A stretch of DNA of 64,000 nucleotides from assembly GCF_009914755.1 (NCBI RefSeq), contig NC_060948.1; one strand, given 5' to 3'. Below, piece by piece: positions 15,651 to 29,383 of this stretch (position 1 is the first letter of the stretch; each line of letters starts with the position of its first letter). The notes beneath the pieces were generated by a model. That model was not told the origin of the DNA. It searched no databases and was given only the letters and a program-made list of their open reading frames with translations. The DNA is from the human T2T-CHM13v2.0 reference genome, Homo sapiens. The position numbers and the translations under genes were made by a program.

Positions 15651-17576
15651 TAGAGGTAGAGAGTGAGTTAAATGTCAATGTGACTTGATATTTTTGAGGT
15701 GTTTTTGGTTCCATTTTGTTTTTGTTTTTTGAGCTACACTTTACTGATTCCATCAGAATCTGAACAGCAGGATGTTCTGAAAGATTTTGAATTGATTCTA
15801 ATATGCAGCTGGAGAGACAATCACTACCATGTGTTTTTGTTCAGACTCTCCATGCAGAACTGAAGACCTGCAATTTGGCTGCACCTAACTTTCTTGCAAG
15901 ACTCCTTAGGTTTGACCACTGGCATGTATGTTAAAGAATATAGCTAACCCTGAAGTTCTCTTACAAAAGCTATTCCTTTTTCTCTCTTCTCTTCCTTCTC
16001 TAGGTAATGGGATAATTTATAAACATTTTCTTTTTACAAAGAAAGTTAAATGTACTTTTTAATTTCAGAGTACATTTTGAAAACATCAGGAGACACATTT
16101 TTCAGGACTTTGTCAAAGGCTTGACAACAATTATTCTATATAGTCATCAGTTTTGTTTGCAGCGATTCACCACCCTGGGGTTTGCAAATATTGGCATTTT
16201 TCCCATGTGTGATAACTTCCAGGCAAATAGCTAACTGCATGATGAATTTGTAATGCTAAATGTTTTAAGAAGATAATTAAAAAGAAACCCCTTTTGCAGG
16301 TTTGCTATGATGAAATATTCCGGGTTTTGATACAATAAAAGTGGTGAGGTTAGATTTGGCTCAATCCCATGCTTCTGACTGCAAAATGTCTGCCAAGTCA
16401 AATTAGGCTATGAATTGAAAACGCATGTTGTGGGTATTTTTCATGGGCAAATGTTTCCCAATATTCTTACCATATTTCATATAGAAATAAGTGATTATCG
16501 AATGAACTATCTCAAATGTGAAATATATATATATAATTATTCTCAACATAAGAAATGTTTATTGACTGAGTAGTTTCAAGACATGCTATTATTGCTTTTC
16601 CACATGAAGATAATTTTCTGTTTCCCCCAATTAATCTCATGCCATGGTTTAAGACGATAATTATTTACTACTAAATAATTCCCAAAGGTAGTCAGGTTAG
16701 AAGTGGAAAACATTCCAATGTGCAAAAAAAAGAAAAGAGAAAGAAAACAACAACAATTTGACAATGGAAGCAAGAGTAAAGGTTTTGTTTGTTTTTGTTT
16801 TAAAATCAAACCTTGAAAACAACTTGCAGAGTTTTATGTCTTTCCTTGTCTCATGCATAATTTTTGTAACAGACGAATCATGGTGTTAGATACAAGACAT
16901 TTTGTTCATATGATCTTTTAATTAGATGTTGTTTAGAAAATATTACATGAGTTGTGGGTGGTGAGATCCCCATGTCTGTTAACCAACAAAACACTCTAAG
17001 TTTGTTTAATCAACATAATCACCTATTATTAGCCAGTAATGATGATTTTGTTTTGATTTGCAACTGAAAAATAGTGCATTGAAGTATTATGATTGAGCTA
17101 TTGAATTACTAATATAGGTGATTATTGTACGCTTTCAAATGATAGCTCATCAGTGTCTGTCTATAGGTCTGCTGTTAACAATTCTCTGTACTGCATCCTT
17201 ATAAATAGTGGTTAGCTGGCCCATAAGAGGGGAGCACTGGAGAGCCTGGGAAATGGAATTCCCAGCAGTATAACCCTTGGTATCATCTTCGTTTTGGGCA
17301 CTTCCATAGTTGTTAGAAAACCTCACGGGTTTTCCATGGGGAGCTTCAGGCCCATCTCTCCTCACTGGTCCAAGACTGAACACAACTGAAGCCTCATAGT
17401 TCTTCATTGCTTTCTAATTTCCAGCCCCAATGTCATGTCCTCTTGAAGTTTCCCAAAGATTCTTATTTTTAAAAAAGGATAGTGAGACTATGGGGAGAGG
17501 CTTTCAGCTTTTATTACTTAGGTCCTGTAGAAAAAACCAAGGTGCATATAAAGAGATGCTGGTCATTGGTCTTTGC

Positions 17577-17880
<304 letters not shown>

Positions 17881-20800
17881 GTTCATTGCTTTTTGCTTCA
17901 AGAATGGATGCATTCTAATTCAGGCATTGGAATGAGTGTGAAGGTCAAATTTAGGTGGCTCTGTATGGGGTAGATGTGTGTATTATGTAATGGAATTGGG
18001 ATTGCTGTAGTGGGAACAGAGGGAGAGATCTAAGATTGGACAAAGGGAGCTCCTGTTTCTATTTCTATTTCGGGTTGAATAATTTAATTAAATACCTGAA
18101 AAATAGAGATCGTCTTTTTAACCATTTTTTCAGCACCTTCCCATTTTCAAAGGAGGCCGGATAGATGTGGGTGAAGGTTCTTAAGGTATCTAAAGCCTAA
18201 TTTTATTACAAGAGGATGCAAGTTTATGCTCAGATTAGTTTTCCTGTCTAATAGGATGCATTCTTAGCATTGGTAATACTTACGACACCATTACAGGGAA
18301 TTATTTTGGGGATTTTGGAAAATCTTGGTACAGGATGTTAATAATTATTTTGGTTCATTTGTGGCAATTTATTGGCTTCTACATACCTTTACAAAAAACC
18401 CAAAAAGAGCGCTCTCGAAACAAACAATAGTAGCTTCACAGAGCAGGACTGGTGGAGTGCAACACTAAGGGAGGTGGGCTTCCTATGCCCAGACTCTTTC
18501 CCAGCAAGCAGATCCTTGGACTCCAAAGTTTTTGTTCATTTACTCCCAACAGTAGAAATGTTTAAGGTATTCATTCTCAATTGGTTGGCATTTCTTACTT
18601 TACAAAGTATAGGTATGCATTAGTGTACTCACATATAATTTATACTGTAAAACCAACACAGAAGTAGAAAAAAAGATGAGGTTAAGAGATGAAATTATAA
18701 TGTGGAAATATTATTTCATATATTTTTATTTACAAATGGTACATATTCCCTTTTGTTTTCATTAAAAATATATATTAGCATTGATATTGTCCAGGAGCGC
18801 TGACTTCCAATTGTCTTGCTGATTATGATGGCTCAATAATACAGTTTGAGATGATCTCGAGGTATAAGGTTCATGGCTAACAATCATTGATGCAAATTTC
18901 CATTTCAAATAATGCTCTTGATAACTTCAGATTCTGCAGGCAATTGCTCGGCCCATCTCATTACATGGGTGCTTTGTTAACCTCATACTATGGATCGTGA
19001 AAATCTGCTATTAGAATTAAATCCAAGAATCAACTGAGCTATTATCTTCCTCTCTTGGACTTGAAATATGGACAAATATTGTGATTCCATAGTTCTTTCC
19101 CAGGAAAATTGTAAGCTACATATTCATTTTGTGTGGGCAAGATCAGTTAAACCTAGATGAAATAATGCACAAATCTGCCTAACTATGCATATGTCACAGG
19201 ACACTGAAAGTTGAGGGCTAAGTAAATTAAAAGCCCAGTCAAGGCTGCTCTGTGGTTCACAGACTACAAGTGTGCCCTTAGGATGCTTTGAATTTCAAGA
19301 AAATTATGCATCCTGACTGTCATAGTACCAAATGTGCAGTCAACGTCAAGCCAACTGTTACAAATCAGCATAGCATGTCTTAATCACTCCCTTAACTGTT
19401 TAGGTAGAGATAAATACGAGTGGAATTTCAAGAACTATCTTCTTACATCTAATCTGTTTTCTTATAAACCTCACTCTACATTGAAGACCATCAAATGAGA
19501 CAACAATCACTAGAGTACAGCCAGGTTAGGACTGCCTATGGAATTACCTCCAGGGGGTGATAAAAACAACTCCTGAGCATTTTCCAGCTCACTTTGTGGA
19601 TAAGTGAGGCCTGTATGAGGAGACACTTCTTTAAGAAGGGAAATATCTCTCAGTAGCATTTCCATTTCCTCGGAATATCCAAACTCCAGTATACAGAGCT
19701 GAGAATTATGTAGGGCAGTGTATCTGTTTGTTATGCAATTTTCCAGCCTTTTCTCCAAGGAAATAAGCATTTCAGAAATGTCAGATTCATGAACTAACAA
19801 ATAAATAATGTTGAATGTCTCAATGATTTATAAGGAGATAAAATAATTTTTCCTGAAATCTTACATAATCCAGATGGGGTGTTCTGACCTTCAAGATAGC
19901 AGGCACCAGACCTGCCCTGAGGAATGGAACCAGGTTTGGTTCCTGCTGAGGTTGGTCCTGCTGTAACATTTAGCTGTCTCCTGGACGCTGCATGGCAGCA
20001 AAAACTAATGTCCTGTTCAGAAAGCTTTGGATCCTCACTCATCTTTTCCTCCTTTCCTTTTCTTTTCTTTTTTAAACTCTTCTATTCTGCACTATTATGG
20101 AGTGCCTGCTAAAGAGATAGATTTCTTAGTGACTGTTGCAGGGGACCTAAAATATAATTCAGAATGGGAGAGACCACCGGCCTTTCCTGCAGTTCTCACT
20201 TTGCCTCCTGATGGAATCAGGGCCACATGCATTAATCTATATTGAAGATGCTGATTCTCCCTGTGGCCCAGGAAAGCCAGAGGAGGAGGAAAGACAGAGA
20301 GCAAGAATTACGCCAATGTGAAGATGGTCATGCAGGAAGGTTTATGAAACGTGGTGAAAGAACAAGAGACACGCCACTGGAGAATATAATGAGAGCTTAT
20401 TTTGAATGACAAGTATTTCTCTCTCCCTATTTTTTTTTAACTGTTCATGTAGTAACAGGTATATATGCATGGGCAGTCTCTAAAAACAACCACCACCAAC
20501 AAAACAACTGTATTTGCTAGTGGACTGTTTTGAACAACATCAGATGGAAATGAAGAGGGCAAGAGGTTGGTCCTGGGAAAAAGTCACCTTTTCTCCATTA
20601 ATGGCACATTTATTTAAGTGTTATCTGTATATTACAGCAAACTATTTTTTGCATTCATTGTTTAACACAACCAACAACAATAAACAATCTTAATTACCAG
20701 TTTGTTTGTTTTTTTAAATTATAAATGGGATTTATTGGTTCATGTAACTGAAAATTTCAGAGGCAAGGTATGATTTAAACATATATTGATAAAAATTCTG

Positions 20801-21891
20801 GTCATGTTTTTCTGCAATTTTCTATATCTTTCCTCTCTCCATGGACTTCATTCTTCATGATAGTATGGTGGTTGCAATAAACTGTTTGATTGAAAAAGTC
20901 AACATTTTTCATTTATCATTGTAAAATTAAAGACAGATTTATAACTTCTTTAGGCACGGTTGTTACTGGGAACAATTTTTATTCAGTAGAAATAAGTCTG
21001 TTTTTCCTTGAAAGTGCCTTATTCTTTAAACATGTTACTTTTTATTTTGGAAATAACCATAGATGTAGACAAGAGATATCCAACAAACACAGAGGTTGGA
21101 ATTAAATGCAAAGTGAATTTGTAGCATGAAAAAGAAAACAAACAAAAAAAGGACTTTTCACCAGCTTTTGTGGAAGAAGGTCGCTGAACACTGGCTCTGT
21201 TCTCCTCCTGAAGTTTAGTGGAGTTTCTCACAACAGCATTACTGCCCGGGCCATTATGCAGAACCCACTTTCATCTCATCCCTCAATTCCTGGGAGCCTC
21301 TGCATTGGAACAACCCTTACGAAGCTTTGCAGCTAGCAGTATTAGCTTGCACTGTGACCACAGGGGAAGGTTAAACAATGCTCACCAGGATGGATGCCTG
21401 AAGGGTTATCATCTGAGATGGACTGGACATCCTGCCTTGCAAAAGGTTATCATCCGAGATGGATTGGATGTCCTGCCTTGGAAGACACTCAGCTTGTTTC
21501 AATGGCTCTACATCAAGCAATCTTTCTCAGTCCAACTGATCTTATTTAAGCTCCATCAAAAGGGCATTTGCAACACCAGATGATCAAGACAATGTTCAGG
21601 GGCTGTGTAGATGGAAGTCCCTTGAAGTTTGATGGCTTGCCTTTTCATGACTTTAACAAATTTCATCTCATCTTGAAATCATTGGCCAACCATAAATCAC
21701 TGATTAACCAAGTAAATGAATGAAATAGAACTCATAAAATGCAAACTCTGCACATATTAGCAAAGTGAGAAGTCTTTCTTCAGGATCTTTTTAATCCTGA
21801 TTTTGGCAGGCATAATTTTTAGGACAGATTTTTTTTTTTTTATTTTCAGAACATAAAACTTATTAACATATAAACTCGGAGGCAATACAGC

Positions 21892-21909
21892 TTTCTTTTT
21901 CTTTTCTTT

Positions 21910-21941
<32 letters not shown>

Positions 21942-22272
21942 CTTTCCTTCTTTCCTTTTCTTTCTTCTTCTTTCTTTCTTTTTTTATTTTTTGACAGGGT
22001 CTCGCTGTGTTGCCCAGATTGGAGTGAAGTGATATAATCATAGATCACTGCAGCCTCAAACTTCTAGGCTCAAGCAATCCTCCCACCTTAGCTTCCCAAG
22101 TAGCTAGGGCTACAGGTACATGCCACTGTGCTTGCCTAATTTTCGAATATTTTTGTAGAGACAGGAGTCTCACCATGCTGCCCAGGCTGGTCTTGACCCC
22201 TGGCCTCAAGTGATCCTCCTGCCTCAGCATCCCAAAGTAGTGGGATTAAACGAATGAGCCAGCATACCCGGC
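21892..22272 (-). mobile_element. AluJ with an expanded CT-rich tail (21892-21991)
   Basis: CACTGCAGCCTCAAACTTCTAGGCTCAAGCAATCC diagnostics. Confidence 0.88.
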
Positions 22273-22282
22273 TACAATATAG

Positions 22283-22963
22283 TGTAAACCAAAAATAAAA
22301 ATTTAAGCCCTCCAACCATCTGAAGGGACCCCAGTTCATGGCCCAGGAAATTCCAAAATTTACCTGGAAAACTAGTTCAGGCAATGATAAGAAGGGGGAG
22401 TTGGACATGCTTCATTATTCCCTCTTCCCTTCTACAATTCAGACACAGCTGACCTTAAGACTGATAGAACAGACTCTTTAAGTCTGTTGTGAAACATTTA
22501 CAATCTATTCTCGCTGAAGCCTGCTACCTGGAGACTTCAACTTTATGATAAAACCTCAGTCTCCATAGCCCGTTACCTTAACCCAGACATTCCTTTCTAT
22601 TGATTCCAGGTCTTTAGTTAATAACTCGTTCAACCAATTGCCAATCAGTACATTTTTGAATCTACCTATGCCCTGGAAGCCCCCCACCTTCTAGTTGTCT
22701 TGCCTTTCCAGACTGAGCCAAGGTACCAATATACATATAAGATGTATATATCTTATGTTATGTTATGTTATGATTAATGTCTTATGTCTCCCTAAAATGT
22801 GCAAGGCCAAGTTGTAGTCTTGTTGTACAAAACCAAGTTGATCACCTTGGGCACATGTTCTTAGGACCTCCTGAGGGCTGTGTCATGGGACATTGATCAC
22901 TCATACTTGGCTCAGAATAAATCTCTTCAAATATTTTACAGGGTTTGACTTTTTTTTTCAACA
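22283..22963 (+). mobile_element. Solo ERV1 LTR, MER4 family
   Basis: TGTAAACCAAAAATAAAA...AATAAATCTCTTCAAATATTTTACAG...TCAACA; TG..CA ends; degenerate TSD ATAG/ATTG. Confidence 0.82.
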
Positions 22964-23402
22964 ATTGCTTTATGAAGTATCCTGATGTTGTTATAGCAAG
23001 TTGACATGAATACTAGAATTGCTAGATGTCAGCTGAAACTGGCTGGTATCAAGGAAGCATTCTCAGACTCTAAGAACATGTCTGTTATACAGATCTTGTG
23101 GTTTCCATTCAAACATGAAAAATTATTTAATCAAATGAAGATCTTTCAGTACATTTGCTGTGTGAAAAGTATAGATGCATTTTCTAAGCATGGTTATTTT
23201 CCCTTTTTTTAAGGAATCAAAGTATAACTATGATCCTTTGTGCAAATATATAGTTTATTTGAAATCACTGGAATTGTATTAAATTAATAGGTTGCACCAC
23301 TCTTTTTCATTCCCCCAACAAGGAATATTTTATATTTCTTCATTCATTGAGGATGTGGCTTTGTCCTTCACTATAAGCACAAAGTTCCTGGAAATATATG
23401 TT

Positions 23403-23406
<4 letters not shown>

Positions 23407-23439
<33 letters not shown>
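23407..23439. repeat. (CA)n microsatellite
   Basis: About 16 perfect units. Confidence 0.95.
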
Positions 23440-23441
<2 letters not shown>

Positions 23442-23499
23442 CTGACTATGAAAAGAAAAAACATATATAGGTGTGTATGAAATCTATGTATATTAAAGT

Positions 23500-25080
23500 C
23501 TATTTTATTATTCTGTAGTTTTAGCTGCTATTATGAGTAAAAATATAATCTAATTTTAAAATTTATACTATTGGAATAAAATGCAAGACAATTTTGACAT
23601 ATACAGCTTATATCATTCATCTTACTACTCTGCCTGACTGATTCTTAAGTACCTTTAATTTTTTTTTCAATTTTCTAGATATTTAGTGTCAGCATCTGCA
23701 AACTAAACATTGTTGTAGCTTTAAAATATATGTTAATAATTTAACAATTGCTTTATCTTTCTGCCTTATCAAGAATCTTCAAAGCCATGTTAAGTAAGAG
23801 TGGTACTGGTGGTCATTCTCTATTTTTTCCCTTGATTTTTAAAGAAATATATAATTGCTTTTTTCTTTCCAGTGATATTTGCTGTTAAGTAATGGTCATG
23901 TTCTTCTAATCCTATCTTACCTAGAGATTTTTTAGGAATAGCCTCACATTTTTAGGCAATTTACCAAATGTCTTTCCACCATCACCTCCCATGAATATAA
24001 GCAGATGGTTTTCTCCTTTAATTTAATAAAATAAATGATCTTAAGCCATTCATTCATGCTTTCATCCTATATTAAAATTATTGGTCATTCTCTTGAATAT
24101 AGTAGATTCTATCGAGTTGTAATTTAGAATGTTTGCATCTAACCATGCACAGTAAGCATATAGAATTATCCTACAATTTTTTTCACTATTTTCCACTCAC
24201 CTTGGCAAGTTATAGCTTAAAAGTTACACTAACATCATGAAATCAGGCAATTTTCCAGCTTTTTCTTTAGCCTAGAAAAGTTTATGTTACATAGAAATGA
24301 TTTGTTCTTTAAAGCTCAAATAGAACACAACTGTGAAACCATCTGGGTCTGATGTATATTATTTTTTACCTGGCATCTCTTTAATTACCTTTTCAACACT
24401 TTTCTTTATTTGTAGATTCAGTTTTCTGCCTCTTTGGGAAGCCAGTTTGAATATTTTTGCAAGAAACTAGACATTTACTTCAGAATTCTCATATTTATTG
24501 CTGTAGAAGTACATAGACTATGCCTTATTTCTTTTAATCTCTTAAATCTGTGATTTTATTGCCTTTTTATTCATAATCTCATTCATTTCTTTGTGCCATC
24601 TTATTTTTTCTTAATCTAATATGCTAGTACTTTTTCTGTTTTGTAGTTATTTTCAGAGAAATGATGTTTGGATATATTTCTGTTGGCTACTATTTATACT
24701 ATTTTAGTAATTTCCATTTTTATCTTTATTCTCTTTTATTTTAGTATTTTAATTATTTTTTCTAGTTTCTTATATTGAATAATTATTTCACTTATGTTCA
24801 GTCTTTTTTCATTTTAATAATGAAAGCTTGTGAGTATAAACAGGTTTATCATAGATTTTGGCATACAGAATCAGCCCTTTACTTCCTAGATAACAGACAT
24901 ACCTGTTATGACGTTCCCTTTAATCTGAATATTGTTTAATACCATGTTTTTATTAAATTTACAAGTAGATCACTCAATTTACAAATGATTGGGGTTTGAG
25001 GTCATTTTGTGTTCTTGATACCAAGTTTTTGTTGTTTATGAAAATGTTTTGTAAAATCTGGACATTTTACTTTATAGGAT
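23500..25080 (-). mobile_element. Highly diverged ancient L1M ORF2 remnant
   Basis: T-rich strand bias with antisense L1 motifs (GTGAAACCATCTGGGTCTG; TTTAGAATGTTTGCATCT). Boundaries are approximate. Confidence 0.55.
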
Positions 25081-25155
25081 TTTGTTTTGGTTAAGTCACA
25101 GCCAGCATGTGTATAAATATACACATACACACATGTATCCATAAATACAAATGCA

Positions 25156-25477
<322 letters not shown>

Positions 25478-27469
25478 CTATAGACATAGATATAGATACA
25501 ATTATAGTTGTAGAGGTAGATGATATAGATGTATAGATATCCTGCCCATATCTCCTTGATTTGTATAATTTTCATGGACACTGCTCTGGTCTTCCAGTCT
25601 TCCACCTCCCAGCACCTGTGTCTTCTTGCCCAAGGGCCTTTTCTGGCCACCCGGTTCAGCTCCGGCAAAACACAAAGCGTACAGGACATGCCGGGAGACA
25701 CTGCCTCCTACACTGGCCTCCAGCAATGGCTGAAGGGTATTGGTGACCATCAGCTCCAACTCCCCTCTTGTTTTGGGCATGAGAATGCTGAGGTGTGTGC
25801 TCTGCTCTATGTCTCGGAGACACTCCTCAGAATGAAGCTACAACTGCCTGCAGCAGTCACTTGTATTATAGGACAGCACACCCTTTCCAAGCTCCTTCCT
25901 TTGTCTTCTCTTCTCCCTCTGATGTTTCCTATGCTCACATCCCCTCCTAAAAGTGATCACATTAAAATCTTGGTCTCAATATCTGCTCCTAAGAAACATA
26001 AACTAACTTTCTCTCTCCCTCTCTCATATTGAAAAACAAAACACAGTTTTCTCTCCAGCTATTCTAATGGCTAGAGGCAGGTAATTCTATTATATAATTT
26101 GGCCAGAATAGAAAAATCTGTACTGTTCTTGTAACAGTCTTTGGTGAGAATTGTGTACATTACAGAACTTGAAATCTGTATTGTGATTCAGGTTGCAACC
26201 CATTATCTTGAACAAAGTGACACGATATCCAGCTCGGCTTGCTGTGGGCAAAGAGGCTTTGCCGTACCTGTGAAGTATGCAGCTGCAAATGGCATTACTC
26301 AGCTCTTGTTTTTGTCCAATAATGTTTCTCAAGGCTATAGCTGACAGGTATTAGGGATCCTCACCTCCAAGTTGAGTCTTATTCAGACCCAGCTAGAGAC
26401 TGATGTTAATTCAGGTCAGTATCTTCTTCAACAACAATAACAGAAATCCAACTTGGGACAATCTAAATCAGAACGTAAGACATTTCTATTTTGAGACAGA
26501 AAAAATAAGCTGAGAAGTTTGACCCACCTCATGATAGGTGGTATGACTTAGTCTGAATCTACACGTATTTTCGGATTTGAAAAAAATCCAACCAAAACAA
26601 AGCAAAGAAAGATACTATGTACTGCTGAATTAGTCTGTAGTAGTTTTAGACTGGATGCAGCTGAGGTTGGAAAGGCTAAGTGGTTCCTATCTCTGTAGCA
26701 TTCAAGCCGATGGAAATTGGGGGCTACCTGGAATGTAATCCTTTTTAAAGTTCATAAATAAGGGTTTAGGGCCCCTGCTGTAATATGCCAAGGCAGTTTA
26801 ATGAAAGATGGGTAAATTATCCCTCTGCCTCCTCCACATGATCTACTTACACAGATACTAAGTCCTGTAATGCAAGAATTGCCATCAGAGATTAAATGCT
26901 TAGAAAGGAAATAGATATGAATTTAGATGAAACCCACATTATACTATCTGGTTTTTTCTCAAATGGTATTTAGAAGAATAACGAGAGCATTTCTATTTAA
27001 AATCACCAAAGCCTCTTTCCGGCTTATCTAGTCATCTGGTAGAGATGAGTTTTTTTCAGGAGTTCGTAATCAAGAATGATTTCAGAGGTTGAGTTCACTT
27101 GAGTTTCAAAGTGTGTACCAAGACAAATTAATTCAGTTAATTCTTTTGATTTAATAAAAAACTACTCAAAATAATTAATGTCACATTTTGGGATCATGTG
27201 GATATAATATTTAAATATTTAAAGTATTTTGCATTTTCAACTGAACACCTCTGTATTCAGTTCATGGTGTAGATAATCTGAAAGACAACCAATTATCTTG
27301 GTTTTAAATGCGGGGTAGTCATGATAATGCTACATTTTTTGTTACCAAAATGTTGGTGAAGAAACACACTGGGTACACGTATATGTAAGCAATTATAATT
27401 ACTTATCTCTATAAAGTGGGATAACAATGTTTTGATTTTTGCCCAATGAAATTTACTTTAACTCAAGAC

Positions 27470-27683
27470 TTTCTCTTTCTTTTTCTTTTCCTTTCTTTCT
27501 TTCTTCCTTCTCTTTTTCTTTCTTTCTTTTTCTTTCTCTCCGTCTTTCTCTTTCTTTTCTCTTTCTCTTTCTTTTCTTTTCTCTCTTTCTGCATTTTTTC
27601 CTATCCTTCCCTCTCCCCCTCACCCATCTTTCTTTCTTTCTTCCTTCCCTCCCTTCTTTCTTTCTTCCCTCCCTCCTTCCTTC

Positions 27684-27718
<35 letters not shown>

Positions 27719-27762
27719 TTTCTTTTTCTTTCTTTCTCTCTCTCTTTCTTTCTCTTTCTTTC

Positions 27763-27823
<61 letters not shown>

Positions 27824-27990
27824 TTTTCTTCATTTCTTCCTCTCCTCTCTTTCCTCTTTTCTCTGTCTTTCTTTCCTTTCTTTTTTCTTCCTTTCTTTCC
27901 TTCCCCCCTTTCTTCCTTTGTCCCTCCCCTCCCCAAATCTCCCCTCCCCACTCTCCCCTCCACTTCTTTCCTTTCCTTTTCTTTTTTTGT
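27470..27990. repeat. Polypyrimidine compound repeat including a perfect (TTTC)14 at 27765-27820
   Basis: Direct reading. It explains the F/L/S-rich and K/E/R-rich ORFs in the track. Confidence 0.97.
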
Positions 27991-28053
27991 TATGCTCTTC
28001 ATATACCTGGGGAGAATAAAACAATGAATAAACATATCCCAGAAGTTCTAGAG

Positions 28054-28278
28054 CAGGGGTGTCCAATCTTTTGGCTTCCCTGGGCCACATTAGAAGAAAA
28101 ATAATTGTTTTGGGCCACACATAAAATATACAAATGCTAGCAATAGCATATGAGCTAAAAAAATAAAAATAAAAAGCAAAAAAAATCTGGTGATGATTTA
28201 AGAAAGTTTACAAATTCATGTTGGGCAGCATGGAAGGCTGTCCTGAGCTGCATGTGGGCAGTAGGTTGGACAAGCTTG
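28054..28278 (+). mobile_element. MER30 (hAT-Charlie MITE)
   Basis: CAGGGGTGTCCAATCTTTTGGCTTCCCTGGGCCACA...GGTTGGACAAGCTTG; 8-bp TSD TTCTAGAG/CTCTAGAG. Confidence 0.9.
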
Positions 28279-28315
28279 CTCTAGAGGCTTATGGAGAACA
28301 GAGCTCAGTCATCAT

Positions 28316-28780
28316 TATGGGAAGATTGAATCACTGTTCTCAATTCTTCCAGCCTTCCTGCTCCAAGAATGATGCACCCATGCAGGATAGTGGCTCTGCA
28401 ATGCTGTCCCCTGCAGCAGGGAGCCGCCTTTGCTTCCTGCCATGGTGGTACTGGGCTTGGTGAGAGGATTTGGATTGGCCAGTGGGAATTGAGTGATGGC
28501 ATAAGGATCTGGCCTGGGGCCAAAGTCTCAGGGAGCCTCATGTTTCCCCTCCCACTCTGGTATTCCTGTGATCTGCTGTCAGGACAGCATGTCCACAGAG
28601 CCATCAATTAAAAAAAAAAGAATGGAATGGCATGTGAACCTTAGGTGAATACCAACTGCTGCTTGAAGGAGAGTGGCCCCAGCTCCCCTGCAGAGCCATG
28701 AATATTCAAGTGTTTTATGTTATGAATAGCTGGGTTTTGGGATGATCCCTTTTGCTCAGCATTATTGCAGCAATTGCGGC
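28316..28780 (+). mobile_element. Old MLT1 (MaLR) LTR
   Basis: MLT1-like 3' end ...GGGTTTTGGGATGAT...CAGCATTATTGCAGCAAT; the subfamily is not resolved. Confidence 0.5.
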
Positions 28781-29012
28781 ACAGTAGATGACCTAACTGT
28801 GGTCTGTCCATATAATGAAAACTGGCCTGAAGTTCATTTGACTAAAAGCAAAACAGTTCAAACAAAATAAGGATTTTGCAAAATTCCAGGAGTCTGCACA
28901 CCACCACATCTCATTTTGGGGAAAGCTCCATCACCCACAGTTCCCCACTGACAGAAAAGATATAGGTGGCTTCTTACACATAAATTTCTTATCAATATTT
29001 TGAAAAACTTCA

Positions 29013-29383
<371 letters not shown>

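Noticed and set aside
17150-17407. 85-aa minus-strand ORF with protein-like composition
   Set aside because: No recognisable homolog and a length expected by chance; tBLASTn or PhyloCSF would be needed to reconsider it.
25529-26032. 167-aa ORF in GC-richer sequence
   Set aside because: No recognisable domain or splice context; it starts in a TAGA repeat and probably overlaps an old LTR-like remnant.
27439-28120. Long ORFs (221, 193, 144, 126 aa) rich in F/L/S or K/E/R
   Set aside because: These are translations of the TTTC/CT microsatellite, which lacks stop codons.
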